Assembly: GCA_013265495.1 (NCBI GenBank) | Contig: MU058781.1 | Location: 11,513,009-11,577,008 of the forward strand | Length of the DNA stretch: 64,000 nt | Source of the DNA: Vicugna vicugna | Lineage: Eukaryota | Reading direction: 5' to 3' | Shown: positions 62,714 through 64,000 of the stretch, one piece after another | Numbering within the stretch: position 1 is the stretch's first letter | Layout: the number at the start of each line of letters is the position of its first letter | Translations under genes and position numbers: made by a program | The notes under the pieces: generated by a model | The model's input: only the letters and a program-made list of their open reading frames with translations | Database searches by the model: none | What the model was told of the DNA's origin: nothing

Positions 62714-64000
62714 TTCCCAAGACTACCTGTCTCCTTCACTCAATCACCTCACCAGTTTCAACCCTGTTCTAGTTTCAACCCTCTGATCACTCGCAGAATT
62801 CACTCCATCCTCTGGGTCACATTAGAATTATTCTGAAGGGCTACTTTTTATTTTCTGGGTCAAATGTCACTAGGAAATGCTTGGCCGTCTTCGGACCCTG
62901 CATTTTCAATTTTGTCTCTGGTTCACTAGTGAGAAAGTGGTTTTCATGCATTTTCTGGGGTCCTTCCCCACTGCCTCCATTCGCCCTGTCAGGTCAGCCT
63001 GGGCAAAGTTATCAACAGAGCAAATGATTCTTTGCTCTGCCTGGGAGAACTAATGCAGGTCACAGACTCTCTCTGGACAGATCTTCATGGGGCTTTAGAC
63101 TCCCTACTGATCAAATAATTTATTCATGGGGAAAAGGGAGGAAGAAAAGACAAGAGACTCAAGAGATATACTGTCCAGATGCAATGTGTAGGCCCTGTTT
63201 TGATCACAATGACTGATCTACTGAAAAAAGTCATTTCTGAGACACCTGGGACATTTTAACATGGACTAGATATTAGAGGATACTAAGGAAATATTGCTCA
63301 TTTGGCTAGGTAAGAAGTGGAAATCGAGATTATGCAAGAACATGTCAATACTCTTGAAATGCCCACAGAAGCGTGTAGGAGTGAAATGACATGATGTCTA
63401 GGTTTGCTAGACCTTTTGCTAAATCTTGATTTGCTAGATTTTAAATGCTTCAACAACAACAACAAAAGGGATGGAGCAAGTGTGGAAAATTCCTGACAAC
63501 TGTTGCATGTGTGATGGGTTTCCAGGAATTTATTATCCCATTTGCTTTCGTTTTGCGCATATTTGAAATCTTAATTTACTGGGTGTTCAGTGGCCCAGTG
63601 CTATATAAGAAGGCGATCCCAAATAGTGTATGGGTGTCTGGGTCCTCATCCAGCATAAAGCAGGCAAGCATAGCATCAAAAGTCATTCTTAGACTTCACC
63701 CCCTTCACGAAGCACTTCAGAACACAGTGGACGTAGGAGTAGAGGAAGTAGGATGAACGCAATACATGATAATCCTTGTCTCCCCTAATCTTGCTGCAGA
63801 TAAAGATGAAGTCATAGAGAAGGGAAATTTGTCTGTTTTCTCTAGAAGGAGAAGGAGACTTGGTTTGGCCTTTTAGCTTGGTGGGTCTACCCAATCCCAC
63901 TTCAAAGCAAACAAGAAGCCTATAATTTGACCACACTGGTGGTCAAATTAACTGGTTTTAATAAGTTCCAGACCTACCTAGTTTTCCACTCCTCCAAGAC

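Noticed and set aside
1..64000. CRISPR arrays, operons or a novel multi-gene system
   Set aside because: No regularly spaced repeat-spacer arrays and no second protein-coding gene found; the content is explained by one spliced mammalian gene plus interspersed repeats.

Overview
Mammalian genomic DNA, most likely a camelid (camel/alpaca/llama), judging by 14 copies of a tRNA(Ala)-like SINE with a distinctive 'ACCTAATTACCTCCCCC' tail and by artiodactyl-type L1 3' ends. The window is dominated by one minus-strand gene, RIPOR2 (FAM65B). I traced 22 coding exons by hand from an ATG at 48181 to a TAG at 5663. All introns are GT-AG, phases are consistent, and the total is 3195 nt (1064 aa), followed by a ~1.9 kb 3'UTR with AATAAA at 3820-3825. 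The first coding exon has an upstream acceptor at 48207, so the 5' exon(s) lie further upstream; a candidate proximal promoter sits at ~49.1-49.6 kb. There is a well-supported alternative terminal exon (20939-21010) and an in-frame 147-nt candidate cassette exon. The rest is intronic or intergenic sequence with SINEs, L1/L2 fragments, DNA transposon fossils, a solo LTR and a U6 snRNA/L1 chimeric retrocopy. I found no evidence of a novel multi-gene system. Most ORFs in the supplied track are spurious or are exon read-throughs. Repeat family names and human comparisons come from memory of consensus sequences and were not searched.
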